DNA of 64,000 nucleotides from Bulinus truncatus (lineage: Eukaryota). The notes beneath the pieces were generated by a model. It saw nothing but the letters and a program-made list of their open reading frames with translations. It was not told the DNA's origin and searched no databases. Position numbers and translations under genes: made by a program. Location: NCBI GenBank assembly GCA_021962125.1, contig JAGDYQ010000001.1:5463061-5527060 (forward strand). The letters are read 5' to 3'. Positions 1 to 12,094 of the stretch are shown in pieces (position 1 is the stretch's first letter; every line of letters starts with the position of its first letter).

Positions 1-544
1 AATTTGAATACACTTTGTTTGAAATGTAAGAAACCAGCTAACCTGCTTTAAATCTTCTCCTTTATAAGTTTCTCTAGCTTTCCTCAAATCACTCAGAAAC
101 CTTTCCTTGGCATGAATTCTTGTAAAAGTAAAATTTTAAATTTATAAATATAGTAAATGAATGTCTAATTGCATAATGTAGAAATATTGCCAATAAATGC
201 ATTTAATAACAAGAGAAAAAATTGTCAATAATCATTTAAACATTAATAAGTAAATTAAACACACAAAAAAAGCAAATAGCAAATATTTTCAAGCAAACCG
301 TTTGTTTACATTTTAGTTAGATATTTCAAGATTTGTTAGGAAAAATACACATTTTTTTAACATTAAGCATATTTACAGATAGTAATATTTTAAATACATG
401 TAACATACATAAAATGTATCAATACATAAAGTAATTATGATATACATGTACGAAACCATATTTTTTTAGATATATTTTCACCAAGATTTTCTGTTTAATA
501 AAAATTACAAGTACATGTATAAAATGACAGCCAAATCTATAAAC

Positions 545-724
545 TTACATGTTATCTTCATCCATATCTTCAAACATAGTTTTAAGTTTTTTACCAAGAC
601 CAACAGATTCAGGGTGAATGACGCACAGCTCAGACATTCTCGCTGCACCTGGATCACTCACAACACACTGACCATTACCATCAATTTGATATGGCAGACA
701 ACAAATACCAGCTTGACAGGACAT
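545..724 (-). CDS. Terminal coding exon of the same protein: MSCQAGICCLPYQIDGNGQCVVSDPGAARMSELCVIHPESVGLGKKLKTMFEDMDEDNM*.
   Basis: Acceptor TTCCAG; in-frame continuation at phase 0; stop TAA at 547-545; 60 codons. Confidence 0.5.
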   Translation of the reverse strand: MSCQAGICCLPYQIDGNGQCVVSDPGAARMSELCVIHPESVGLGKKLKTMFEDMDEDNM

Positions 725-1192
725 CTGGAATTTAAATATACAGAATCAACTAATCCTTTTACATAAATAATAAAGAACAATTAATGAACCAAAAATATTA
801 TTATCATATATACAAGAAGTGGTCAATAATGATTCAGATTTGGCAAGATTTAGAGAAAAAAAAGGGATGAAATTAATTACAAAAATGTCTTTGTGATTAT
901 ATAAATGTTTTGACAAAAAATCTACAGTTATAATAATTTCTGTGGTTTTAAAATTAAAAAAAAATATTATCATTCAAGTTATTGTAATCTACATTTTTTA
1001 AAATTTAGTTCATCCTTGAGGTTGTTAAAAAGAAGAAAAAATAACTAATATGCTTCTCAATTTGACTCAATTTCATTCATAACATAAAATAATTACATCG
1101 ACCTTTTCAAGACCAATTCAAATTTTAACTATGGACTATGGCTAAGCAATAATTTTTCAGGGAACAGTCAGTAATAAATTAAAAGCTCTTAC

Positions 1193-1415
1193 TTTGAGTG
1201 ACATGGACATTTCAGGGTCTGAATCAAAGACAGTTACAATATTGTGTTTCATTCCCATAGACTGTCTAATGCCTATGTGGTAGAATAATGGTGCTTGCTG
1301 CACAGGTAATGACATGTCCACTACAGCTAGTTCAGCATTATAGAAAGTATCCAAAACAGCTGTTTCTCCAAAATCTAATTTCTGAAAAGCCACCAGTTCT
1401 AAAGTACCATTAACT
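1193..1415 (-). CDS. Middle coding exon of the same unidentified protein: (E)VNGTLELVAFQKLDFGETAVLDTFYNAELAVVDMSLPVQQAPLFYHIGIRQSMGMKHNIVTVFDSDPEMSMSLK.
   Basis: Acceptor CACTAG and donor GTAAGA; 223 nt; phase consistent with both flanking exons; low-complexity-free, globular-looking sequence. Confidence 0.55.
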
Positions 1416-1572
1416 CTAGTGTAAATAGACAAAAAAATAATATTAATAAAATGTGTCATGCATAATATTTAAAAGTTAATTTTCAAATCTTTATAAAGCA
1501 ATGCACTCTACATATATAAATATGTAAATAAATAAGGTTTTACAATTGCTTATTTCTTATGTTGAGACTTAC

Positions 1573-1688
1573 TCCTTCACTACAGTCTGTAACTCTTTGA
1601 AAGCCTTTTCTCTAGCAAGCAATAATTCACTGCTGACTGCAGGGCCTTTCACTTCCCCATTCTCACTAACAACACAAACCACCTTCAT
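1573..1688 (-). CDS. First visible coding exon of an unidentified small protein. Minus-strand ATG at 1688-1686; translation MKVVCVVSENGEVKGPAVSSELLLAREKAFKELQTVVK; donor GTAAGT.
   Basis: Open frame with GTAAGT donor; phase 2 out matches the next exon; an upstream acceptor CTCCAG at 1695-1700 means the true start could lie further 5'. Confidence 0.45.
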
Positions 1689-3745
1689 GATTTTCTGGAG
1701 TGTTACAATAAAAAGGATGTAAATAAAAATATAATGCATTAAGTATCTGTTTAATGCTAACTCTGTATTAGTTGAAAAAAAAAAAAGTATCTTTCTGAAT
1801 TTCAAGGCTTTTTTTATTTGGTAAAAAAAATACTATTAAGAGCCACTTCATAGAATTTCTAAACCTGAATTATTCACATGCTGGGTGAACAATAAACACT
1901 GGAACCAATGACTTCAACATTGCAAATGCAAAAGCATTAAGAGTCAAAAATAGATCTTTTCAATGAGAAAAATGTGCTGAAAATGATATTACATAAGACT
2001 TTTAGCTCAATCTATATATCATTTAAAGTGTAGTGACCTTTATTTACACTCCTGTCAATCTGAACCCATTTAAAGTGCAGCTGCCCACCTGAAAGAGGAC
2101 TGCCATCACAGTCTTGCAGCTAGAAGACACCAGGCAACTATGATCTCTAACTCAACCAAAAGCATACCCTGCCTTCATTACAAGTGCCTCTGAGCTTCTG
2201 CCTTTGAGCCTCGAAGTTATATTTGGACTCACAAACAACATGCAAAAAAAATTAAAATTCATCACTCTGACACACAAAAGACAACCAAAGATGATAAAAA
2301 GCTATAAAACAATAGAAAAAACTGATTCAATATTTAGCCTAACAAAGATCTGCACTAGGCTTCAAGAGCCCAATTGGACACCATTGTTGATAGAGTTACT
2401 TGTAACCACAGCAGGCTTGAGGATTTAGTGGTAAACACATTTTTCACTTGCCTTTAATTTACTCTAAATAATTTTATTGCGAGTGTGTCTAAAAACATGA
2501 GCAAATGCCATCGCTAGCAAAGGGCATTCAGTTTTTAATAAATTATTATTTGTAATGTGTAGGTAGAAATTTACACATATACGTGAATAAATTGTTATAC
2601 TGTCGACAGGATTCACAACACTAAACAAAGCAATAAAATCATGTACTCCATGAAGATATATGTAACTGACAATAATATAGAGTATATGCCTATTACATAT
2701 TAGTTAGCACTAATTTCTTCTTCCAGTAATTGCTGAGAGTTACTTTTAATATTATTATGTAAATAAATTTTTCATCAAATTTTTTTTTAAAGATTACTTT
2801 ACTTACTGTGGAAAATAAATTGTTTTTTTAGTCAAGAGGTCAACTATTGTCATTAGTGCTTTTGCATTTATTTCTAAGCACTTGAGACTAATTTTATAAC
2901 TAAGTCATTGCAATAAAACTAAAATTGTACTTTAGTCATAGGGAGTTACTCCTAACTTAGATTCCACCAAGCTGACTAAAAATGTTTAAGGTATCAAAGA
3001 GCCACTGAAGTCACAAATTTTTATCAAATGCAAAAAATAGTGAGGAAAACATTATGACTTAACAGGTTCATTGGGGTATGGCTGTAAATCTATTCTGGTA
3101 AATTCTTAAGTTCAGTTGATTTTGTTCAAAATAGCAGAGAAAAGGCAAATGGGTAAAGAAGTGTGAAGGAATTATATCAAAAGAATACATATTACTGACA
3201 AAATGGATGAAGCCGGTGGTACAAGGTTTATGAAAAAACACTAATAAAGGCACTAAATGAAATGTTGCTGAATGAAGTTAATTAGCAGATAATAGTAATT
3301 AATAGGGACCCATAAAGTATTAGTTGTTAGATAAATATAATTATTTTATTTTTAAGCAGGTTATTAAAAAATTTAATTAATTGCTGATATTTCTTTTAAT
3401 TATAACATTTTTAATATTGATTTCTATAAAATTATCACGTATAAGAAAATAGTACAATTTTTATTTAGATTAGGGTGGGATTGTAAATTGGCAAAAAAAA
3501 AAAAAGGAAAAGCCTATTGAAGCTATTCAACAGAAAGAAGGGTTAAGTCACTTAAGTAGACCTGGGTTTAAAACAAGTTTATGTGTATGACATACATTTG
3601 ATTAAACTTACAATACAGCATTTATCATTTCTCTCTGACACCTTAATGGCATAAAAGAATATTTCAATTCTGTGTCATTTATAATTTATTCTGCTATTTC
3701 AGTTAAAATTTAAACATTTTATAACTGTATATAACATTGTTATTA

Positions 3746-4460
3746 CGCACTTGTTACTCGACCCGAACCTCGGGTCGACTACTAGCATATGTACGGTCGA
3801 CCCGGTATTTTTTTTTTCTGTTTCCGGGGATTTTCGCGCAATTGATATCTATAGGTCAGTGCATTGCATAGCCGAGCAATTATACATTAAAATGAGAGGT
3901 TAGTTTGTGTGGCGCGCTAGTAATGTAGGTTGTTCGCTAGGCTGAGACCCAGTTTGGCTAGCTATGTGCGGGTTCGATTCCTGATAGAGACATACATTTT
4001 TTTGTTCAGATTTTATTTTTCAGGATCAGGGTTAGGGATAGGGGGTTAGGGATAGGGTTAGGGTGTGGAGCATTATCTATTGATGATCATTTTTTAATAA
4101 ATCATAATTTTTTTTTTCCAGATTTTTTTTTCAGGATTAGGGTTAGGGATAGGATTAGGGTTAGGATTAGGGATAGGGTTAGGGATAGGATTAGGGTTAG
4201 GGATAGGATTAGGGTTAGGATTAGGGTTAGGATTAGGGTTAGGGATAGGATTAGGGATAGGGTTAGGGATAGGGTTAGGGTGTGGAGCAATATCTATTGA
4301 TGGTCATTTTTTAATAAATCATAATTTTTTTTTTCCAGATTTTTTTTTCAGGATAGATATCAATTGCGCGAAAATCCCCGGAAACAGACAAAATAAAATA
4401 CCGGGTCGACGGTACATATGCTAGTAGTCGACCCGAGGTTCGGGTCGAGTAACAAGTGCC
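3746..4460. mobile_element. Foldback / long-TIR non-autonomous DNA transposon (MULE-like) carrying internal TTAGGG-like arrays.
   Basis: Near-perfect terminal inverted repeats of about 108 bp (3746-3857 and 4350-4460); 9-bp direct duplication TTGTTATTA at 3737-3745 and 4461-4469; internal tandem duplication of a segment containing the telomere-like arrays. Confidence 0.7.
4028..4281. repeat. Interstitial telomere-like arrays (TTAGGG / TTAGGGA / TAGGGA variants) in two blocks, about 4028-4067 and 4136-4281.
   Basis: Direct reading of GGGTTAGGGATAGGGTTAGGG... on the plus strand; each block is followed by the conserved sequence GTGTGGAGCAATATCTATTGATG. Confidence 0.9.
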
Positions 4461-5199
4461 TTGTTATTAACAACAATAAAAATAAAGAGTATTTAATAAA
4501 TACTATATTTTATCTAGAAATGCTAGATGAAGATGTGAGGTTGCTAATGAATACAAATCTATAATTAGGGTACAAGATCACAAAAACGGAACAGGTGCCT
4601 CATATTAAATTATATTTCTATATGACTAGTTCATGTGCTACTCAGCCTACTGGATATACTCTTGATCAATGGGTTTGATGAACTTTAATGTTGATATAAC
4701 ATATTATTAATCCATAATTACAGATGAGCAATCTCTAAAAATGCAAGGTGCAATTTGCATCTGGAAAGGTTACCTGATATTATTGATAAACTGCAAATGC
4801 ATAAAATATAAACATTATAGCTTATTCATCTGTACTAAAAATATGTTTTTGGAAGACGTTTTTCTGTATATACGCCATTGTTCAACTAGTTCCGGTGAAT
4901 TACGTCCCTTGAAGGTCGTGCTCAGATACCAGAACCACAAAATATAGAGCTCAGTGACAAGAGCCCATGGATGCAGAACCAGGCCCAAGTTAATTTGACG
5001 GAAAATTAACGGGCCAAGATTTAACATATTTACCAATTTATATTAGTAGATTATACAGTTTCCCGTTCTACGTGTAATAATAAAAACGCTTGTTTGTAGG
5101 CTTGTGCCAACTAATATTTGTACAGTACTGTAAAATAAATATCTATAACTATGTAACCTTCTGATTAATTTTCATTTAAATATATATAGAGAGAGAGGG

Positions 5200-8100
5200 G
5201 TGTGGGGTATGTGTGTGTGTGAAAAGAGATCTGAGAGATAAATGGTGTACACAAATTCGAAGGCAGAATAAGTTTTGTTAAGGCCTCGGGCGTAGAACAG
5301 AATAGTCCCCCCCCCTCATCTTTTTTTTAATTTTTTTTTTCTGTCAAGTACTCAATAGGAGTATTTCAGTTATATATAAATGGATGCCTCCCTTGCCCTC
5401 TCTTAGTTCCAAGACTTACATTCGAGATCACTGGGAACAGGAAGGTGCAGTACGTAAGTGGTTTTGTGAGCAGAGGTGGACTCATGTCAGATTAGGCCCC
5501 GGGCGCAGAGGAAAATGTTGGGCCCCTTTAGAAAAAGATTTAAATATAAAGGTTTTTTTTTTAATTTGGCTATGCGTGGCCCCTAAATATTCGGTGGGGG
5601 GGGGCATGGGTGAGTGCCTCTGTTTGTGAAGTGTATCATTGAAGAAGGGGGCATAATGCATTATGCTTTCCACTATTATTGTTGTAATTTTTACAATTGT
5701 TTTCTGGTAGGCTAAATCACTTAATATTTTTAGTATTTTTTCTAACCGTTTCTCCACTCAAAACTCTTATGTATTTCTTCCTTTATCTATTTGGAAGAAA
5801 ATTTTGTAATCGATTTTTGAGGCATTTTTTAGTGACAGATTTTTTTTTTGAAATCTCGCATATCTGTTTTTGCTCCGTGTCAATGCATGATTCAATTATT
5901 AATTTTGCAACTAATAAATAATTTTCTTTTTAATAACTATTAGTCCATAAACTTCTCATTAAACTAAATAAGGGGTGTAGTCGTGTTTAACTTCCCTTGT
6001 ATTAGTAATAATTCATGTTTCAGGTGGAGTGCCCCCCCCCCGCTTAAAAAGAAGAAAAAAGAGGAAAAAATAAAGAAAAAGTAACTAAAATGAGAAAGTA
6101 CCCCCTTGCTGGGTATTGGTGCCCCTCTGCTTACTTTGACCTGGCTACGGGCCTGGTGTTACATTGAATGTCTCTCTCTCTTTTCAATCGGCAGTGCCTT
6201 TTTAATGTGAACAAAAACTGCTTGTTTTAAACTTTATTAGGGTTAAATGGGGTTTATGTGCATACTTACTTAATTAAGCATGATACGATTAAAATGTATT
6301 GCAAAATTATATATATATAATTGGAAAACGGTTTGAGAACATGGACTGTTTCTAGCAAGGCAACCTTCTGCAGTTTAAATACATTGCATTGCCCTGGTAT
6401 TCTAAAAATAATGTTGTCAAGATATTTATAACTCCCATAGCGCCCTGGTATTCTATAAATCATGTCAAGATCTTTCTTTGTAACTCCCAGCGCACTGGCA
6501 TTCTATCAATGATGTTGTCAAGATCTTTCTTTGTAACTCCCAGCGCCCCCCCCCCCAACAACAGGCCCGGCGGTGGTTCTCATTCTGAACATCATTATTA
6601 TCATTATATGTATTGTGTGATGGAACATTGTGAGGCGATCTAACCCCGTGGTTCTCAGCCTATATTTCACGACTCTATCCCAAGGGGCACCTCGAACACG
6701 TAAGTTCGCGAATACATGTAGGCCTACTTATTTTCATAACTATCTGATGAGATACTTGGGCACGTGGTTTGGTAATGAGTCACGCAGCAAACTAGCGACC
6801 TTCTTCAAACTATTGTTTTTTTTAAACGAAAATAATACATATGTAAGTTTTGAACACCAATGACAACATACACATATTTTACGCAAATTAAATGATTATC
6901 AGGCAGTAATAAAAGAGATGAGTTCCCTGATGTACTTTTGCCTACGTCCCCTCGCCGCGCACCACTGCTTATACCACCGGTTGAGAACCTCGGATCTAAC
7001 CAACGGTATCATGACTGGGATAGGCCGGGGTCAGGAATCTAGGCCTAACTTTTTTATCAGACAATTATTTTTTTTTTTTGGAAAGTCATCGAGTTTGCTA
7101 TGACTAGGACTTATAGTTTGAAATGTTAATGCACGTGTATTTTCTTGTTTTAACACGAAAAAAAAAACTTTTTTTTTCATTTACGCGATAGAATAATTAG
7201 ACAAATATATAAATAAAATTTACCTTATCAGACTTGGGCAAACTTCAGCCCGCGGGCAAAGTATGGCCTGTTTGATCCGGGTTGCGCCCTATCTCCCCTG
7301 CTTATTCACATTGGTGACGTTTACATTTAATTTACGCTATTATTCTTATGAAACTCCATCAATCTGCTTTTGGTCTGTTCTTTCTGTCTAATAAGAACCC
7401 ACGTGACCCGCGTTTCAAAAAAGTGTGCCTACTACTGCCTATAATCCCATGTAATAATGGACAGACACATGCATACATCTGCATGTAGTATTTTTAAAAG
7501 GATTTACACATTTTTTTTAACCAGAATTTCTCTGGACAACTATGACACCCCTCTATTTCCAGTACTAATTCCCATCAAACCTGATGCCATATAAGGCCTT
7601 TGACTTGTACTTTTACTTTCTTCATTTCGTATATGTCGCCCAGTTATATAGTTAAAATATCCTTTGATGTTGTTTAAAACTAAAAATGATTTGTAATTCT
7701 AGAGCGAAATCGATAGTGAACTCGACTCATATGCATAGTGTCAGGCCCGTAGCCAGGTCAAAATAATCAGGGGGCACCAATACCAATATTTTTTCCTCTT
7801 TTTCAAGCGGGGGGTGGGGGCACACCACACCTAGCAAGGAGGCACGGCCCCCCAGTGCCCTCCCCCTGGCTACGGGGCTGCATAGGGTACAACGTTCAAT
7901 CTCTGGTAAAGCCAAAAGTATTCGCCCCCAACGACTACATTGGTAAAAGGGATTAAATGAAAAAGAAAAGAGATGCCGGCAGTAAAAAGATAAAAAAAAG
8001 GAAAATCTGGTCTGTGGAGATCCTGCAACAATTGCATTCATCTTTAAAGTTTTAAAAGGAATTCTGATATGCTCATTGTATATATTAAGCTTGAGATATT

Positions 8101-8420
8101 CCAGAACGAGATGGGTGTGGCAAGAGATAATAATAATACTTTAAAAAATATTATAAATTTCAGGCACCATTTTTAATTTTTGCATACTACTGAACATTTT
8201 TTCGCGGGGCCCCTATGCCACAGCCTTTCTGTATATCTGGCCCAGCCTCCCACCCTGTCCTTACATATGTAAGTTTTGAACACCACTGACAACATAAACA
8301 TATTTTACGCAAATTAAATGATTATCATGCAGTAATAAAAGACATGAGTTCCCTGATGTACTTTTGCATACGTCCCCTCACCTCCTTCCACTTTTATTTA
8401 CTCCACTTTTATTTACACCC
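5200..8420. mobile_element. Cluster of degenerate or nested transposable-element remnants.
   Basis: Inverted copies of about 130 bp (6025-6155 vs 7742-7875); direct repeats of about 125 bp (6836-6962 and 8262-8385); G/C homopolymer-punctuated motifs (AGGCCCCGGGCGCAGAGG) also seen at 30280-30430; 50-bp x3 tandem at 6390-6545. Confidence 0.4.
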
Positions 8421-9133
8421 CCCCCCCCAAGCCAAGTTCAATGTTATTTACAAAATATTTTTTATTATATAGGCAACGACTCTCAGCAAACGGAAATGAA
8501 AAGAACAAAATCAAAACAAAAACAAATATAGCCGTGTTTTTATATAATCATATTATTGACTAAGGTTCTATTTTAAGGTGCCTTAAATTTCCCAATGTAA
8601 AACTATTCAAACCACTTCCACCTTCAAATCCTCATAATGCATCAATCTGAGATACGTTGTAAAAGAGTAGATTGAGCATTCACAGAATAGCATTATTTCG
8701 GTTAACTTTACTGCATTACGCGATTATATATTATAAGTCGTCTAAGTTATTAACTTTTAATTCAGTCGGAGGTTTGTAACTTAGTAGTTTAGAGGAGGTT
8801 ACTTTTGAGTTGACCATCCCCTGATTTATTGTTATCAACAAGTTCCTGGTGCCACCAGTAGTGGAGGTTTGTATTTGTGAACATTTAAAGTAAACATTCC
8901 TCATATTTAGTAATTATTTACGAGTTTTTCCACAAATTTAAATCATGAGTCCAATGCTTTTAAAGTATGAATTGCCAGTTTGGAATAGAAAGCTATAAAT
9001 ATAGTCATTGGTAAACATATATTAGTATGTTATCTATGAAATCAAAAGATAAAATCATAAAAGTCTAAGCCAAAGTCAAATTGAAACAACTAAATACAAA
9101 GGTGCCAAAAAGAATGGTTTAGAATTGTACTAT

Positions 9134-9432
9134 GCTACCAGGGATGAGGCGTGAGTGTTGCCAGTCATGGTCATATTTATAGATAATACTATTTTAGGGT
9201 ACCTTGATTATTGAATATAGTTAGTATAATCATTTGCAATAAAATGACCACAAGTTTAAATATAAATAACATTCATTTATAAAAATATTGTATATATTGA
9301 TAGCCTAATTAGTTATACAAATAAATGAACTTATGTTGTTTGTGTCTAGGAATTTAGCACTGAGAACATCAATAAATTTTTCTCTAGGCGTTATGACCGG
9401 CAACACTCACGCCTCGTGCCTGTATGCTACAT
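9134..9432. mobile_element. MITE-like element of about 300 bp.
   Basis: Imperfect inverted repeat of 30-35 bp (GATGAGGCGTGAGTGTTGCCAGTCAT vs ATGACCGGCAACACTCACGCCTCGTG); possible TA flanks. Confidence 0.35.
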
Positions 9433-10183
9433 ATGATAGCCTACTAGCCCAGTTATCTTAGCATAAAATGATTTATAAATTAATAGCAATAAAGTTATTG
9501 CTGTGGAGGGTGATTGTAGTAGCAATGGATGTTGATTGTTGTTATCTATTGCTGTGCTGACTTTTTTAATTCTTTTTATTCTTAATTATGTACTTGTGAC
9601 TCACTTGAGAAAGGCATTAATGCATCATTAGTATTTCTTTTGAAGCACAACAACATTGAGATAACCAATAATCTAATATGTAGTCAAATAATTATTTCAC
9701 ACATAATCTAAACATTTCTCCCCAGAGAGATTTCTCTGCTGTCTATATATTTCTACTGCTGTCTGTCAATTAAAACTAAACTGAGACTGTCTACTAGAAT
9801 ATTTGTCTTTAGAGTGGACCCTTAACTCCATGTCTACTATGAATGACTGTTTTGTGCTAGCTGTCCTTTACTAACTCTCCAAGCTCATTGTTCAAACAAT
9901 ATTCTTTGTCGACCCCAAAAGTGTTAAGTTTGTGATACAACTTATTTGTTTTATACTTGTATTATTATTATTATTCTGCTTTAGACCTGAATTACCTGTG
10001 ATATGCTTTCTCTGTTTTACACGTGATATTTTTTCTCAGCTTTTCACTTGTGATATTTGTCAGTTTGATTGAAGTTTTAAAAAAGACTTGGTTATTCTTT
10101 GAATAGAAATTAAGTGAAAAATTCCTTGCCTGTTTTATGCATTAATTTGCGCTATTTTTGAAAATTTTCAGTTGCAATAAAAG

Positions 10184-10312
10184 ATGGGTATATTTAAAGG
10201 GCTTCAGATTGCTGTTGATTTTGGTTACACTTTAGGATTTAAGAAAAAATTAGAGCTGCGCAAGAAAATTGTTGAAAACGGAGGTGTTGTAAGCTTCATT
10301 GTAACAAAGAAG
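10184..10312 (+). CDS. PARP4: PARP4-like exon 1: start codon and beginning of the BRCT domain (MGIFKGLQIAVDFGYTLGFKKKLELRKKIVENGGVVSFIVTKK).
   Basis: Kozak-like AAAAGATGG; similar to human PARP4 N-terminus (MVMGIFANC..KKKLQTDIKENGGKFSF); donor GTACAT; TTTTCAG 14 nt upstream of the ATG suggests a further 5'UTR exon. Confidence 0.8.
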
Positions 10313-10490
10313 GTACATTTATATAGTTGCACTCTAAATTGATTTAATTTAGAAAATGAAATATAGTAAACTTATTGTTGAGATAGTTGATAGATTATTT
10401 AAAATCTTAGGATCACTTATTGTGATTTCTGTTAATTGATATATTTATAAATGGTAATGTTTGATTAACTTTTAAAATTCAAACTTGCAG

Positions 10491-10689
10491 TGCCACTTTG
10501 TTGTAACAAGCGATCCGGAAAAATGTCAGGTTTCTTCAAAAAGCAGAATGGCATTGAAATATGGATTGCCTGTGCTAAGACTTGATTACATCTGGGATTG
10601 TTTGCAAGCAGAAAGTCTTTTGCCAAAAGAATCTTACATTGTAGGAGGGAAGAGTAAATTTCTAGATTTCAAGTCTGGTAAAATATCAG
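10491..10689 (+). CDS. PARP4: PARP4-like exon 2: remainder of the BRCT domain (CHFVVTSDPEKCQ...LDYIWDCLQAESLLPKESYIVGG...).
   Basis: Acceptor ACTTGCAG; donor GTAAGA; phase 0 in, 1 out; similar to the human BRCT region (CTHIIL...PDFIWKSI). Confidence 0.8.
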
Positions 10690-10776
10690 GTAAGAAATCT
10701 AAAAGGAAAGTGTCTTAGATTTTTTTTTTCCTTTTTTTTATTTTTATTGACATAAATGATCCTATTTTTTCACTAG

Positions 10777-10922
10777 CTCTAAATCCTCCTGAAAAGTCCA
10801 AGGCATATACATCTAAGCAAGTCTTCAGTCCAAGAACTATTAAAATTTGGCGCCATGGAGATGATGCACAACCTCATTTTGATGAAGAGAGTTATGAAGT
10901 TGCCAAATATTGTATATTCTTT
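10777..10922 (+). CDS. PARP4: PARP4-like exon 3 (..HFDEESYEVAKYCIFF).
   Basis: Acceptor CACTAG; donor GTAAGC; phase 1 in, 0 out; matches human ..DFEVAKYNTLEKV. Confidence 0.75.
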
Positions 10923-11368
10923 GTAAGCATATCTGATGTATATTTATTCCATAGAATATAAATTGAACAGAATATACAAACCCTATTTAAACATTTTTTT
11001 TATGTAATCCTTCATCTTTTTTTAGTCTTTTATTTTTTTATTCATGCTTCCTTTTAAAAAAAAAACCCTCAGATTTTTGGGCTGAAAAATCTCAATGATG
11101 AATGAGTTAATTTATTTTTAAAGAATTAAAATGCTTTAATATATTTTAAAATTTACTACTTGATAAATTTTGCAGGATGCTGTATATAATTCTTCATTTG
11201 AAATAACTGATTTTAAATTAAAATAGTCTGACGCCTACAAATTGGTACTCTCCTGAGTCTAGATTTGTTAAGATAATGTGACAATGGTTGATTAAGCTTA
11301 GGATGAGAAGTGAATTAAAAAAAAATTTATTCATTTATTTTTAACTTAATTCTTGGTTTACTTTTCAG

Positions 11369-11527
11369 GGACAAAACAAGGTTATGAAGTGTCAGACAGC
11401 ATATATAATTGAACTGCATTCTTGTCTTGCATCTAAGCCATCTAGTGATAGATCCATGGATGAAATTGTTAAAAGTCAGGCTTTATTCCGGATAGTTTAT
11501 CAGCATGGAAACCTTAAGGACCTGGAT
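11369..11527 (+). CDS. PARP4: PARP4-like exon 4 (GQNKVMKCQTAYIIELHS...NLKDLD).
   Basis: Acceptor CTTTTCAG; donor GTGAGC; 159 nt in frame. Confidence 0.7.
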
Positions 11528-11938
11528 GTGAGCTTCATTTCCAATTTTAAAAAAAAGCTGTTTTTTTAAAGTGATTTGATGGATCTTACAAGACATATCG
11601 CTTTAAGCCTCTTCCTCCCCTTCCCTATTCCGTTTTATCACATAAGACTCTTTTTTTTTTTTTCAAATTTATTTTTAAAAGATTACATTGATCTAGATTC
11701 TTGATACATGTATTAGTTGGGTTTGACCCCATTCCCAATTAATGCTAAATTTTTTAATTTATGCATCAACATTTTGATTGAGAGGAGAGTTTTAAGATCA
11801 TTTGATTATAAAATTTGATTAAAAAACAATAATTCAAAGGTGTATAAAATAAATTATTAGTAATTGATATTAATGTGATTGTTAAAGATCAGTAGTTATT
11901 TCATTCAGTTACCAAATAATTCAAACCTATTTTTTCAG

Positions 11939-12094
11939 GAGGGTAAAGTTTGTCATACTGAGTTTCGCTATGTGCCACTAGCTGAGCAAGCACTGGCATG
12001 CTATGCTATGCTGTATGATGAGGTGGAGAAAAAGCCAGATGTATTCAAACAAGTTGGTCCTGTACGTGGTATAGGATCTCAGAAACTTCAGCAG
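11939..12094 (+). CDS. PARP4: PARP4-like exon 5 (EGKVCHTEFRYVPLAEQALACYAMLYDEVEKK...).
   Basis: Acceptor TTTTTTCAG; donor GTAACT; 156 nt in frame. Confidence 0.7.

Noticed and set aside
515-766. Plus-strand 83-aa ORF
   Set aside because: Antisense to the supported minus-strand terminal exon at 545-724; low-complexity translation.
3896-3990. tRNA-like sequence with GGTTCGATTCC inside the foldback element; a similar one at 29945-30045
   Set aside because: Only the B-box/T-arm motif is present. No acceptor stem, anticodon arm or proper length can be folded. More likely a SINE-like or tRNA-derived fragment within the TE than a functional tRNA.
7727-8041. 104-aa minus-strand ORF
   Set aside because: Lies within degenerate TE remnants; low complexity, G-run derived, no splice or start context.
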